64,000 bases of DNA from an uncultured Bacilli bacterium (GCA_947632435.1 CANRPC010000010.1:643-64642), one strand, 5' to 3'; shown: positions 1 to 10,881, counted from the stretch's first letter. Notes: generated by a model from the letters alone, not told the origin. Translations and numbers: made by a program.

Positions 1-2
1 AA

Positions 3-2066
3 TTTAAAAAACTTAGTTTAATAATAGATGATTTAAAAGAACAAAATTTAATTAGTAAAAATAATTATTTTAAATATTTATTTAATAATAAAAAATGCTT
101 TATTTATGGCTATTCAAAAAATGATGAAGAATTAAAATATTTTTTAGCTAAATTAAATATTAATTATCAGTATTTAGAGGATAAAATAGAACAAAATTTT
201 TCTCATACAATTATTAATTATGAAACTTTAGAAGATGAAGTTCGTGGATTATTTATAAAAATAATGACCTTAATTAAAAATGGAGTTAATTTGAATAATA
301 TTTATTTATATAAATTCCCAAGTGATTATAATTTTATTTTGAAAAAATACGCATATTATCATAATATTCCTATCGAATTTGAAGATGATATTATTTTATA
401 TGATGCTCCTTTATTTAAAAAATATTTAACATATTTGAATGATTTAGATTTTAAAGATGCTTTAGATAAACTTAAATTAGAGGTAAAAAAAGATCATTTT
501 GGTGTTATTAATGCGATAGTGAATAATTTGAATCAATTTTTATATTTAAAATTGGAAAAAGAAAAAGCAATTAACGCATTAATATATTTATCAAAAAAAA
601 CACTTTTAAAAAAAATAAAATATGAAGAATCTATAAAAATATGTAGTTTTTCTTCATTTATAAAAGATGATGATTATGTATTTATGCTTGGATTTTCTTT
701 AGGTGATTATCCAAATATTTATAAGGATATAGATTTTTTTACCGATAAAGAAAAAAGCATTTTGCATTTAAATAGTTCAAAATTGAAAACCCAAATCAAT
801 TATGAACAACTTGAAAAATTTATTCTTACAACAAAAAATTTAAGAATATCGTTTAAAGAAAAATATAATAATACAAGATATTTTAAATCTCTTTTAAAAG
901 ATAAATTAAATTTAAAAGAAGAAAAATATATTGATGAAAAAAATCGTTATTCAAAAAATTTATGTGAAATAGAAATTGCAAATTATATTGATGATTATTA
1001 TAAATATGGTACCTTAAATAAGTTCATGAAAACTTTTGATGAAAAAAATTTAAACTACAATTTATATGATCATCGATTTAAAGGTTTAAAACCATTTGAA
1101 TTACCAATGATTAATCTTTCATATTCCCAAATAAATAATTACAATACTTGCCCTTTCATGTATTTTGTTAAAAGATTTTTAAAATTAGATACTTCATCTG
1201 ATACTTTTGAGCTTAATGTAGGAAATCTATTTCATAAAATTCTTGAAGATTCTTTGACTAAAGAAATCTCTTTAAATGATTATGAAGAATTTATCAACGA
1301 AAAATTTAAAACTCCCAAGGATTTATTTTTCTTGTATCGATTATTGCCTCAAGTAGAAAAAGTGATTCAAAAAAATAAAAAATTTTTGCTTAACAGCGAT
1401 TATCAAAAGCAAATATCTGAAAAAGTATTAAAAATCGACATAGATAATGATTTAAGTATTAATGGTAAAATTGACAAAATTATGATTGATGAGAATAATA
1501 AAAGTCTAATCGTTGTTGATTATAAAACGGGTAATTTTGCTTTTAACATAAACAAAGTAAATTATGGAATAAATTTGCAACTTCCACTTTATTCACTCTT
1601 ATTAAAAGATTCTTTTAAAAATTATCATATCTCAGGGATATATATACAAAATATTTTGGTTAATGAAGAAAAAAATGATGATTATAACTATTTGCTAAAT
1701 GGTTTTAGTTTTGATGAAAAAAAACTTATTAATATTGATCGAAGTTTAGGCACATATTACCATAATAAAAAATGTTGTTCAGAATTTTTAAGTGGTATTA
1801 TTTTGAATAAAGATGGAACATTATCAAAATTAAGTCAACGAAAAATTTATGATGAAGAAAAATTTTCTAAACTTCTTTATTTGACTAAAGAACAAATAAA
1901 AAAAACAGCTTGGAATATTAAATCGTTAAAATTTGATATTAGACCAATAAAATTTAACTCTGAAAATTTGCCATGTGAAAATTGCAATTGCCTAGACATT
2001 TGCTTTAAAAAGGCTGAAGATGTTTTTTACGTTGATTTAAAAGAGGAAAAAAAAGATGAGATTTGA
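3..2066 (+). CDS. addB: AddB/RexB-like subunit of the AddAB helicase-nuclease (5'-truncated by the window edge)
   Basis: Frame is open from position 3. C-terminal PD-(D/E)xK nuclease (GKIDKI...VVDYKTG, QLPLY), Fe-S cysteines (TCPF ... CENCNCLDIC); overlaps addA. Confidence 0.85.
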   Translation, partial: FKKLSLIIDDLKEQNLISKNNYFKYLFNNKKCFIYGYSKNDEELKYFLAKLNINYQYLEDKIEQNFSHTIINYETLEDEVRGLFIKIMTLIKNGVNLNNIYLYKFPSDYNFILKKYAYYHNIPIEFEDDIILYDAPLFKKYLTYLNDLDFKDALDKLKLEVKKDHFGVINAIVNNLNQFLYLKLEKEKAINALIYLSKKTLLKKIKYEESIKICSFSSFIKDDDYVFMLGFSLGDYPNIYKDIDFFTDKEKSILHLNSSKLKTQINYEQLEKFILTTKNLRISFKEKYNNTRYFKSLLKDKLNLKEEKYIDEKNRYSKNLCEIEIANYIDDYYKYGTLNKFMKTFDEKNLNYNLYDHRFKGLKPFELPMINLSYSQINNYNTCPFMYFVKRFLKLDTSSDTFELNVGNLFHKILEDSLTKEISLNDYEEFINEKFKTPKDLFFLYRLLPQVEKVIQKNKKFLLNSDYQKQISEKVLKIDIDNDLSINGKIDKIMIDENNKSLIVVDYKTGNFAFNINKVNYGINLQLPLYSLLLKDSFKNYHISGIYIQNILVNEEKNDDYNYLLNGFSFDEKKLINIDRSLGTYYHNKKCCSEFLSGIILNKDGTLSKLSQRKIYDEEKFSKLLYLTKEQIKKTAWNIKSLKFDIRPIKFNSENLPCENCNCLDICFKKAEDVFYVDLKEEKKDEI

Positions 2067-5000
2067 AGATTATACTAAAGCTCAGCAAGAAGCCATTATC
2101 TCACATGGAAATAATATTTTAGTTTCTGCAGGGGCAGGAAGTGGTAAAACTCAAGTATTGACGGAAAGAGTTGTTTATTTTATCAAAAATAAAAACTACC
2201 AGTTAGAAAATTTTCTCATTTTGACTTTTACTAATCTTGCGGCCAAAGAAATGAAAGAAAGAATTCGTAAAAATTTAAGTTTAGAAAATTTAAAAGATGC
2301 GGAAAATGTTGATTTTGCTGATATTTGTACTTTTGATTCTTTTTCTTTAGCGCTTGTAAAAAAATATCATCTTTTATTAAATTTATCAGAAAATTTAAAT
2401 ATTGTTGATTCCAATATTATCGCGGTTAAAAAGAAAACTATTATTAACGAAATTTTTAATAGATTATATAAAGAAAAAGATAATGATTTTTTATCTTTAA
2501 TTAATAAATATTGTTTTAAAAAAGATGATGATATTCAAAATTTAATATTTGAAATATATGAAAAAGCATCAAAAGAATTAGATACTGAAAAATATTTAGA
2601 AAATTTTTTAGATAACTATTATAGCGATAAACATTTAGATTTTATTTGCGATTCTTTAGTAAAGCATATTATTCATCAAAAAAATATTTTATTAAAACTT
2701 AGTAATTGTTTACCAAATGAATATTATGACGAAAAAAGTCGTTTCACTTATCAAGAACAAATTCAAAAAACATTTGAATCCTTCTTTTTTGCTAAAGATT
2801 ATGATAATTTAATTGCTAATTTTCCTTTATCTATAAAAGAAATTAAAAAACCGAAAAATATTTCTATTTTAGATGCTCAATATATCTTACTATTTGAAGA
2901 TAGTTATAAATCTTTATTAAATTTGCTAAAAAAAATACCTCAAAATAAAGATGAATTATTTATTTATTGTAAAAACAATCAACTTGAAGCCAAAAAATTA
3001 ATTGAAATTACTTTAAATCTCCATGAATTAATTATGGCATATAAAAAAGAATATCAAGTTTTTGAATTTGATGATATTGCCAAATTTGCTCTTCAATTAG
3101 TGCAAAAAGATTCAGATATTCGTCAAGAACTAAAAGAAAAATATAAAATGATTATGATTGATGAATATCAGGACACTAGTTTATTGCAAGATACTTTTGT
3201 TTCCTTGATTTCTAATAATAATGTTTATATGGTTGGTGATATTAAACAATCCATTTATCGTTTTCGTAATGCTAGAAGCGATATATTTAAAGCTAAATAT
3301 GATGAATATAAAAATCATAATGGTGGAAGAGCTATTGATTTAAACACAAATTTTCGTTCACGTCGTGAAGTTTTACAAGATATTAATTATATTTTTCAAA
3401 ATATTATGCTTGATGAAATTGGAGGCGCAAATTACAAAAAAGATCACATGATAGAATATGGAAACAAAACATATCTTCAAGCAATTAAAGATGAAATTAA
3501 TTATCATGCTGATTTTTTGTTATATAATGATTTAAAAAGTAGTACAAATATAGAAATTGAAGCAAAATTAACCGCGAATGATATTATTAAAAAAATTAAT
3601 AATCATTATCAAGTTATGGAAAAAGGAACATTAAGAGATTGTCGCTTTTCTGATTTTGTAATTTTAATGGATCGTGGAACTAATTTTGAAACAATTGCCA
3701 AAATATTTAGTGATTATAAAATACCTTTATTTGTTGAAAATGACGAAAATATAGCAAAAAATGATATTCTTTTTATTTTAGCTAATTTATTAAGAATAAT
3801 AAAAGCTATATTTAATTTTGATTTTAATAACGATGAATTTAAAAAAGCTTTTGTATCTTTAGCCCGTTCCTTTATTTTTAATTATAGTGATGAAAAAATT
3901 TATCAAATTTGTCATAATGATTTATTTTTAGAAGATAAAATAATGCTTGATTTACAAAATATTATCAAGGAAAATAAGCATCTTCCAATCGCTGATCTAT
4001 TTATTTTAATAATATTTAAACTTGATATTTATCATCGCTTGATTACAATAGGTAATATTAAGAAAAATGAAAGTTATTTAGATTCCATTATTAATATGTT
4101 TTTGAATATGTCAAAATTAGATTATAATATTGAAGAATTTATCTCATATATTGAAAATGTTGAAAATTATGATTTAAAAATTACTTTATCAAGTGTTGCC
4201 ACTTCCTTAGATAGCGTGCGAATAATGAATATTCATAAATCTAAAGGTTTAGAATTTAATATTGTTTATTTTTTAGGTTTAGAAAAAAAATTTAATCGTC
4301 AAGAATTAAAAAATAGCTTTGGTTTATCGAAAAAATTTGGTCTTATTTTGAAAAAATTGGATTCAGATTATATTGATGTAATTAAATACCTTAATACTTT
4401 AGAGGAAGAAAAAGAAGATATATCTGAAAAAATACGTTTGTTTTATGTTATGTTAACTAGAACCAAAGAAAAAATGATTTTTCTTTATAATATAAATGGA
4501 CTTAATAATTACAATAAAGATTATTATTTAAATATATTTAAAAATAATTTATCAGATGAAAATAAAACTCTAAAATTATTTAATTATTTTTTGTATGATT
4601 TAAAATTTAATGCGTATGATTTTGATTATGCTTTAAAAGAAAAAAATATTAAATTACCATATAAAATAAAAGAAAAATTAGATTCTGAAATAGCAAAGCT
4701 ACCATATGATAAAATCAGTTATGATGAAACTATAGAAGATAGATTTAAAAATGAAACATCTTATAATCTTTCTTATCCTATTGAAGAAGAAGATTTATTA
4801 AAATGCAAATCCTTAAAAGATTTAATTTTTGACTTATATAAAAACAAAATGTTTAATAAAAGATTTCTTGATATTAATTTAGAAGCTCAAGAAAATTTGA
4901 TTTTTAATCAAAAGATAAATTTTGAAAATTTAAATTTACAACAAATTAACATTAATGTAAAAGAACAAGAAGTTTTAAGAGCTAGTAAAGAGTTGAGCAT

Positions 5001-5409
5001 TGATGCTAATCAAGAAAATTTAAATTTTGGTACTAAAATCCATTTAATGTTAGAAATTATGGATTTAAAAAAGCCTGATTATAGTATTATAGAAAATGAT
5101 TTTTATAAATTTGTAATTAAACGCTTTTTAAATTCCCCTATTATGAAAAACATACACAATGGTACTATTTATAAAGAATATGAATTCTTTGATGAAATAA
5201 ATAACTCTAATGGAATTATCGATTTAATGATAGTTTATAATGATTATATTGATATCATTGATTATAAAACTAAAAATATTAATGATGAAGCTTATGATAA
5301 GCAATTAAGTATATACGAAAAATACATTTCTTTAACTTTTCATAAAAAAGTTAATACTTATTTATATTCTTTGTTAAATGGAGAATATCGAAAAGGAGAT
5401 TTAAAATGA
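2056..5409 (+). CDS. addA: AddA/RexA UvrD-family helicase-nuclease
   Basis: Walker A AGAGSGKT, LTFTN, DEYQD, VGDIKQSIYRFR, HKSKGLEF, LTRTKE; C-terminal GIIDL..IIDYK nuclease. Confidence 0.93.
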   Translation: MRFEDYTKAQQEAIISHGNNILVSAGAGSGKTQVLTERVVYFIKNKNYQLENFLILTFTNLAAKEMKERIRKNLSLENLKDAENVDFADICTFDSFSLALVKKYHLLLNLSENLNIVDSNIIAVKKKTIINEIFNRLYKEKDNDFLSLINKYCFKKDDDIQNLIFEIYEKASKELDTEKYLENFLDNYYSDKHLDFICDSLVKHIIHQKNILLKLSNCLPNEYYDEKSRFTYQEQIQKTFESFFFAKDYDNLIANFPLSIKEIKKPKNISILDAQYILLFEDSYKSLLNLLKKIPQNKDELFIYCKNNQLEAKKLIEITLNLHELIMAYKKEYQVFEFDDIAKFALQLVQKDSDIRQELKEKYKMIMIDEYQDTSLLQDTFVSLISNNNVYMVGDIKQSIYRFRNARSDIFKAKYDEYKNHNGGRAIDLNTNFRSRREVLQDINYIFQNIMLDEIGGANYKKDHMIEYGNKTYLQAIKDEINYHADFLLYNDLKSSTNIEIEAKLTANDIIKKINNHYQVMEKGTLRDCRFSDFVILMDRGTNFETIAKIFSDYKIPLFVENDENIAKNDILFILANLLRIIKAIFNFDFNNDEFKKAFVSLARSFIFNYSDEKIYQICHNDLFLEDKIMLDLQNIIKENKHLPIADLFILIIFKLDIYHRLITIGNIKKNESYLDSIINMFLNMSKLDYNIEEFISYIENVENYDLKITLSSVATSLDSVRIMNIHKSKGLEFNIVYFLGLEKKFNRQELKNSFGLSKKFGLILKKLDSDYIDVIKYLNTLEEEKEDISEKIRLFYVMLTRTKEKMIFLYNINGLNNYNKDYYLNIFKNNLSDENKTLKLFNYFLYDLKFNAYDFDYALKEKNIKLPYKIKEKLDSEIAKLPYDKISYDETIEDRFKNETSYNLSYPIEEEDLLKCKSLKDLIFDLYKNKMFNKRFLDINLEAQENLIFNQKINFENLNLQQININVKEQEVLRASKELSIDANQENLNFGTKIHLMLEIMDLKKPDYSIIENDFYKFVIKRFLNSPIMKNIHNGTIYKEYEFFDEINNSNGIIDLMIVYNDYIDIIDYKTKNINDEAYDKQLSIYEKYISLTFHKKVNTYLYSLLNGEYRKGDLK

Positions 5410-6059
5410 TTACTAGTTTTAAAGAATTTATTGATCAAGAAAGTAAAAAAGAATATTACATTAATTTAAAAAAATTTGTTCAAGAAGAATATCAAAATTA
5501 TCGTTGCTATCCACCATATAAAAATATTTTTCATGCGCTTAGTATAACTCCATTATCTAAAGTAAAAGTTGTAATTTTAGGACAAGATCCTTATCATGAA
5601 GAAAATCAAGCACATGGTTTAGCCTTCAGCGTTCTTTGTGATAAATTACCTCCATCATTAATAAATATTTACAAAGAAATGTCAGATGATTTGAAACAAG
5701 AAGTTCATCAAAATGGTGATTTAACTTATTTAGCTTTGCAGGGAGTTTTACTTTTAAATACTTCTTTAACTGTTAGAGAGCATCTTGCTAATTCTCATTC
5801 TAATAAAGGATGGGAAATTTTTACCGACAATTGTCTCAAACTTTTGAATGAACAAAATAGACCAATTGTTTATATATTATGGGGAAGAAATGCTATATCC
5901 AAAAAAAGATTTCTTAATAATCCTATGCATTTAGTATTAACATCTAGTCATCCTTCTCCTCTTTCTGCTTATAATGGCTTTTTTGGGTCAAAACCTTTTT
6001 CAAAAACTAATAAATTTTTGAAAGAACATGGTGTAGAAGAAATTAAGTGGATTAAATAA
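5406..6059 (+). CDS. ung: Uracil-DNA glycosylase (family 1)
   Basis: GQDPYH, PPSL, GVLLLN, HPSPLS motifs; ATGA overlap with addA. Confidence 0.97.
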   Translation: MITSFKEFIDQESKKEYYINLKKFVQEEYQNYRCYPPYKNIFHALSITPLSKVKVVILGQDPYHEENQAHGLAFSVLCDKLPPSLINIYKEMSDDLKQEVHQNGDLTYLALQGVLLLNTSLTVREHLANSHSNKGWEIFTDNCLKLLNEQNRPIVYILWGRNAISKKRFLNNPMHLVLTSSHPSPLSAYNGFFGSKPFSKTNKFLKEHGVEEIKWIK

Positions 6060-6104
6060 AATATTGCAATTAAAAAAAATTTGATGCATTATTAATTTGT
6101 ATTT

Positions 6105-6180
6105 GCCCCTGTAGTTCAATGGATAGAGCATTGGTCTTCGGAACCAAGTGTTGCACGTTCGAGTCGTGTCAGGGGTGCCA
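6105..6180 (+). tRNA. tRNA-Arg, anticodon UCG
   Basis: Acceptor GCCCCTG/CAGGGGT, D arm GTTC/GAGC with A20, anticodon stem TTGGT/ACCAA with loop CT-TCG-GA, T arm GCACG-TTCGAGT-CGTGT, encoded CCA. Confidence 0.96.
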
Positions 6181-6214
6181 AAAAAAAGCCTAAGAATTAA
6201 AAAGGGCTTTTTTT
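6181..6214 (+). terminator. Probable intrinsic terminator after the tRNA
   Basis: AAAAAAAGCC...GGCTTTTTTT inverted repeat with T tract. Confidence 0.55.
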
Positions 6215-6236
6215 ATTATTAAGTAAAGGAGATTAT

Positions 6237-7103
6237 ATGAAAGGTTTTTTAGTAGTTAATAGCTTTATGAATAATAAAAAATTTCAAGAGCAATATTTAT
6301 TATTACAAAATGCTGCAAAAAAATTTAACTTCGATTTAGAAATAAAAACAGGAATTTCTTTACTTTGTGACATTGAAAATAATTTTTCTAATATTAAAAT
6401 TCCAGATTTTATTTTATTTTGGGATAAAGATATTTATTTAGCTAAGCGTTTAGAAGAACTTAAAATTCCTTTTTTTAATTCTTCAAAGGCAATAGAAATT
6501 TGTGATAATAAAATCTTAACTTATTTATGTTTAAAAAACAAAGTAAAAATACCTAAGACAATAATCGCCCCTAAAACATTTGAAGGAATTAATTATTCAG
6601 ATTTATCTTTTCTTGATAAAGCAATTGAAATATTAAAATTACCATTTATTATTAAAGAAGCATATGGTTCTTTTGGTCAACAAGTTTATCTTGTAAATAA
6701 TAAAGAAGAAGCTAAAAAAGTAATTTCAAAAATTGGATATAAAGATTTTTTAATGCAAGAATTTATTAAATCAAGTTATGGAAAAGACTTACGGATAAAT
6801 GTTGTCGGGGGCAAAGTAATTTCTTCAATGCTTAGATATAATGAAAATGATTTTCGCTCGAACATTTCTAATGGAGGAAAATCTTTAAATTATCAAATAA
6901 ATGAAAAGCAAAAAGAAATTGCTATTAAAACATGTGATATTATTGGATTAGATTATGCTGGTGTTGATATTTTATTTGGCGAAAATGATGAACCAATTGT
7001 CTGCGAAGTAAATTCCAATCCTCACTTTAAAAGCAGTTTTTTAGCAACAGGAATTGATATGAGTTTAAAAATTATGGAGTATATTAAAAATAAATTATGT
7101 TAG
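6237..7103 (+). CDS. RimK-like ATP-grasp ligase
   Basis: DNKI, IIKEAYGSFGQQV, QEFI, DLRI, FRSN..GG, GVD, EVNSNP; SD AAGGAG. Confidence 0.9.
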   Translation: MKGFLVVNSFMNNKKFQEQYLLLQNAAKKFNFDLEIKTGISLLCDIENNFSNIKIPDFILFWDKDIYLAKRLEELKIPFFNSSKAIEICDNKILTYLCLKNKVKIPKTIIAPKTFEGINYSDLSFLDKAIEILKLPFIIKEAYGSFGQQVYLVNNKEEAKKVISKIGYKDFLMQEFIKSSYGKDLRINVVGGKVISSMLRYNENDFRSNISNGGKSLNYQINEKQKEIAIKTCDIIGLDYAGVDILFGENDEPIVCEVNSNPHFKSSFLATGIDMSLKIMEYIKNKLC

Positions 7104-7927
7104 GTTTTTTAATATATGAAGATTCAAGTGCAAAATATAATAAATTTTTTGTTGATGAATTAATTAAAAATGCTAAAAATGAAGGGATTGATTTAATTTT
7201 AAAATGCGATATAGATTCCTTATTTAAATTAAAGGAAAATGAACTTCCAGATTTTGCAATTATTAGAGTTATAAATCCTAAACTTAATGCCTTTTTTGAA
7301 ACTCAAAATATTCCATGTTTTAATAATTATAAAACTTCGTTAATCGCTAATGATAAATATAAAACATATCAATTAGCAAAAAAATTGAATATAAAAGTTA
7401 TGGATACATTATTATTTGATAATAAGTGTTTAAATGATGATTACCCTTTTATTTTAAAAAGTGTAGATGGTCATGGAGGAAAAGAAGTATTTTTTATAAA
7501 TAATCAAGAAAATTTAAAAAATGCTTTATTAAAATTAAATCATAAAAAATGTATTAAACAAAAAATTGCTTCATCATTAGGATTAGATATGCGCATTTAT
7601 GTTTTAAATCAAAAAATTCTTGCAGCAATATTAAGAGAATCTAAAACAGATTTTCGAAGTAATTTTTCTTTAGGTGGAGAAGTAAAATTAGTTACTATAA
7701 ATAAAGAACAAGAAGAAGTTGTCAAAAAAATTTGTCAAAATTTAGATCCTGCTTTTATTGGAATTGATTTTATTAGGCATCATGGAAAATGGATACTTAA
7801 TGAAATCGAGGATGTAGTTGGTTCAAGAATGCTTTACAAATGCACCAAAATTGATGTTGCTCTTATATATATAAAATATATAAAAAACAAATTACAATCT
7901 TTAAATATCGAAAAAAAAGGTAAATAA
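7097..7927 (+). CDS. Second RimK-like ATP-grasp protein
   Basis: NDKY, LKSVDGHGG, DMRI, FRSNFSLGG, GIDF, NEIED; overlaps the upstream paralogue. Confidence 0.85.
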   Translation: MLGFLIYEDSSAKYNKFFVDELIKNAKNEGIDLILKCDIDSLFKLKENELPDFAIIRVINPKLNAFFETQNIPCFNNYKTSLIANDKYKTYQLAKKLNIKVMDTLLFDNKCLNDDYPFILKSVDGHGGKEVFFINNQENLKNALLKLNHKKCIKQKIASSLGLDMRIYVLNQKILAAILRESKTDFRSNFSLGGEVKLVTINKEQEEVVKKICQNLDPAFIGIDFIRHHGKWILNEIEDVVGSRMLYKCTKIDVALIYIKYIKNKLQSLNIEKKGK

Positions 7928-7963
7928 TAATATTGATAATTAATAAAAGGAGAAATTATAAAT

Positions 7964-8941
7964 ATGTGTACAGCCGTTTCCTATAAAACTAAAGATTTCT
8001 ATTTTGGAAGAAATCTTGATTATGAATTTTCATATCATGAAGAAGTTGTAATTACACCAAGGAATTTTATTTTAAAATTTAAAAAGTTAAAAACTATAAA
8101 AGAGCATTTTGCTTTTTTAGGTATGGCATATGTTGTTGATAATTATCCTTTATATTACGATGGATGTAATGAAAAAGGCTTAGCAATCGCAGGATTAAAT
8201 TTTGTCGGTAATGCTTGTTATCATAATGTGAAAAAAGATAAGAAAAATATTGCTCAATATGAATTTATTCCTTTAATTTTAGCTACTTGTTCCTCGGTTA
8301 AAGAGGCTATAAATCTCATTAAAGAATTAAATATTTTAAAAACACCATTTTCTAAATCTTTACCAGTAGCAAAACTTCATTATTTAATTAGTGATAAACA
8401 TCAATCTATAACCGTTGAACCAAGAGAGGATGGTATTAAAATTTATGATAATCCTGTCGGGGTATTAACGAATAACCCACCTTTTGATGTGCAATTATTC
8501 GCATTAAATAATTATTTAAATGTTTCAAATGAAGATCCATTAAAAAATAAATTTTTAAAAACTTATGATATAAACATTTATAGTCGTGGTATGGGAGGCA
8601 TTGGTTTACCTGGAGATTTATCTTCGCAATCTCGTTTTGTCAAAGCAAGTTTTGTGAAAATGAATGCCATTTCAAAGGATGATGAAATTTCATCTGTTAA
8701 TCAATTTTTTCACATATTGCATTCTGTTGAGCAACAAAGAGGCGTTACTAAATTAGAAGAAAATAAATATGAAATAACTATTTATTCATCATGTATGAAT
8801 CCTAAAAAAGGTTTATATTATTATACCACTTATAACAATCATCAAATCAATGTTATAAATATGTTTAAAACTGATTTAAATTCAGATACATTATTTATTT
8901 ATCCTTTAAATGACCAAGAAAAAATTAATTTTCAAAATTAA
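7964..8941 (+). CDS. bsh: Choloylglycine hydrolase / bile salt hydrolase (Ntn hydrolase)
   Basis: N-terminal nucleophile Cys2 (MCTA), GRNLD, NEKGL, TNNP, SRGMG..GLPGD.SS.SRF. Confidence 0.92.
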   Translation: MCTAVSYKTKDFYFGRNLDYEFSYHEEVVITPRNFILKFKKLKTIKEHFAFLGMAYVVDNYPLYYDGCNEKGLAIAGLNFVGNACYHNVKKDKKNIAQYEFIPLILATCSSVKEAINLIKELNILKTPFSKSLPVAKLHYLISDKHQSITVEPREDGIKIYDNPVGVLTNNPPFDVQLFALNNYLNVSNEDPLKNKFLKTYDINIYSRGMGGIGLPGDLSSQSRFVKASFVKMNAISKDDEISSVNQFFHILHSVEQQRGVTKLEENKYEITIYSSCMNPKKGLYYYTTYNNHQINVINMFKTDLNSDTLFIYPLNDQEKINFQN

Positions 8942-10440
8942 TGATGAAAAAATATCTTTGCATTGATTTAAAATCTTTTTATGCTTCTGTTGAATGTGCC
9001 GAAAGAGGATTAGATCCTTTAACAACTAATCTTGTAGTTGCTGATTCATCAAGAACTGATAAGACAATTTGTTTAGCTATAACACCTTCTTTAAAAAAAT
9101 ATGGTTTAGGTGGCAGAGCTAGACTTTTTGAAGTAGTTCAAAAAATTAAAGAAGTAAATAATCAAAGAAGAAAAGTAGCTAAAAATTATCGATTTATAAA
9201 AAAATCAAACAATATTTTAGAAATTGAAAATGATCCAAATGTTGAAATAGATTTTATAATTGCAACACCTCGTATGGCACATTATATTGAAATAAGTTCT
9301 AAAATCTATAATATTTATTTAAAATATATAGCTCCTGAAGATATTCATGTCTATTCTATTGATGAAGTTTTTATTGATGCGACTAAATATTTAAAAACAT
9401 ATGGATTATCCGCGCATGAATTAACTTTGAAAATGATAAAAGAAGTTTTAAAAGAAACTAATATTACCGCGACGGCAGGTATAGGAACTAATTTATACCT
9501 TGCTAAAATCGCTATGGATATCGTAGCAAAAAAAATTCCTGCTGATAAAGATGGTGTTCGAATCGCGGAATTAGATGAAATGAGTTATCGTAAAAAATTA
9601 TGGGAACATCGACCTTTACAAGATTTTTGGAGAGTTGGAAAAGGTTATGCTTCAAAATTAGAAGCATATGGAATTTATACTATGGGTGATATTGCTTTAC
9701 AATCAATTAAAGATGAAGATTTATTATATCAATTATTTGGTGTTAATGCTGAACTTTTAATTGATCATGCTTGGGGTTTTGAACCATGTACAATTAAAGA
9801 TATTAAAAATTATAAGCCAGAAAATAGATCTTTAGGTAGTGGTCAAGTTTTACCTGAACCATATGATTATTGTAAAGGACAACTTATTGTAAAAGAAATG
9901 GCTGATGCATTAGCTTTAGATTTATGTGAAAAAGAATTAGTAACAAATCAATTAGTGCTTACCATTTATTATGATGTTGAAAATTTAACAAATAAAAATT
10001 CATCTCAATATATCAAAGAAACTAAATTAGATTACATAGGAAGAAAAATGCCTAAGCCTGCACATGGAACGATTTCTTTAAATCGCTTTACTTCTTCATC
10101 AAAAACTTTACGCGAAAAAATTATGTTGCTATATGATCAAATAATCAATAAGCATCTTTTAATTAGAAAAGTTAATATTACGGCGATAAATATTTTTTTG
10201 AAAAATGATGTTAAAAATTTTACAAAATTTACTCAATTAAGTTTGTTTGATAATAATGAATTACAAGAAGATGAAATAAAAAAAGAAAATAGAAATGAAG
10301 AATTAGATAATAAAGAACAAAAAGCTCTTATTGCTATTAAAAAGAAATTTGGAAAAAATGCAATTATTAAAGGTATGAATCTTGAAGAAGGGGCTACCAT
10401 GACAAAAAGAAATAAGCAAATTGGAGGTCATAAAGCATAA
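8941..10440 (+). CDS. Y-family (UmuC/Pol V-like) translesion DNA polymerase
   Basis: CIDLKSFYASVE, YSIDE, GIGTNLYLAK, WRVG, C-terminal QLSLF clamp motif and GGHKA end. Confidence 0.92.
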   Translation: MMKKYLCIDLKSFYASVECAERGLDPLTTNLVVADSSRTDKTICLAITPSLKKYGLGGRARLFEVVQKIKEVNNQRRKVAKNYRFIKKSNNILEIENDPNVEIDFIIATPRMAHYIEISSKIYNIYLKYIAPEDIHVYSIDEVFIDATKYLKTYGLSAHELTLKMIKEVLKETNITATAGIGTNLYLAKIAMDIVAKKIPADKDGVRIAELDEMSYRKKLWEHRPLQDFWRVGKGYASKLEAYGIYTMGDIALQSIKDEDLLYQLFGVNAELLIDHAWGFEPCTIKDIKNYKPENRSLGSGQVLPEPYDYCKGQLIVKEMADALALDLCEKELVTNQLVLTIYYDVENLTNKNSSQYIKETKLDYIGRKMPKPAHGTISLNRFTSSSKTLREKIMLLYDQIINKHLLIRKVNITAINIFLKNDVKNFTKFTQLSLFDNNELQEDEIKKENRNEELDNKEQKALIAIKKKFGKNAIIKGMNLEEGATMTKRNKQIGGHKA

Positions 10441-10871
10441 TGTCTAAATATGATGAAATAATAAATTTACCTCATCACGTTTCATTAAATCATAAGCAGA
10501 TGAATTTATATAATCGGGCAGCTCAATTTGCTCCCTTTGCAGCATTAAAAGGTTATAATGAAGCTATAAAAGAAACCTCAAGAGAAACTTATAAAAAAAT
10601 TGAAATTTCTGAAGAAGAAAAAGAATTAATTGACATGAAATTAAACTATTTAAAAACCACAAATTCTAAAGAAGAAATATTTGTTATTTATTATTTTAAA
10701 GATTTAAAAAAAGCTGGAGGAATTTATAAAACTTATCTTGGTATAATTCATTCAATAGATGAAATTAACAAAATTATAATTTTTGAAGATAATACAAAAA
10801 TAAAAATTGATGATATTAAAAATATTACCAGTAAAACGTTAGATTATATATTTAATCAATATAATATCTAA
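10440..10871 (+). CDS. YolD-like partner of the Y-family polymerase
   Basis: RAAQFAPFAAL motif; translationally coupled (TAATG) to the polymerase. Confidence 0.82.
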   Translation: MSKYDEIINLPHHVSLNHKQMNLYNRAAQFAPFAALKGYNEAIKETSRETYKKIEISEEEKELIDMKLNYLKTTNSKEEIFVIYYFKDLKKAGGIYKTYLGIIHSIDEINKIIIFEDNTKIKIDDIKNITSKTLDYIFNQYNI

Positions 10872-10881
10872 AGCTACTTTA

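Noticed and set aside
264-2066. addB starting at 264, or being truncated
   Set aside because: The frame is open back to position 3, so the gene simply begins before the window.
8941-10871. Prophage or ICE origin of the polymerase/YolD cassette
   Set aside because: No integrase, att repeats, phage or conjugation genes nearby.
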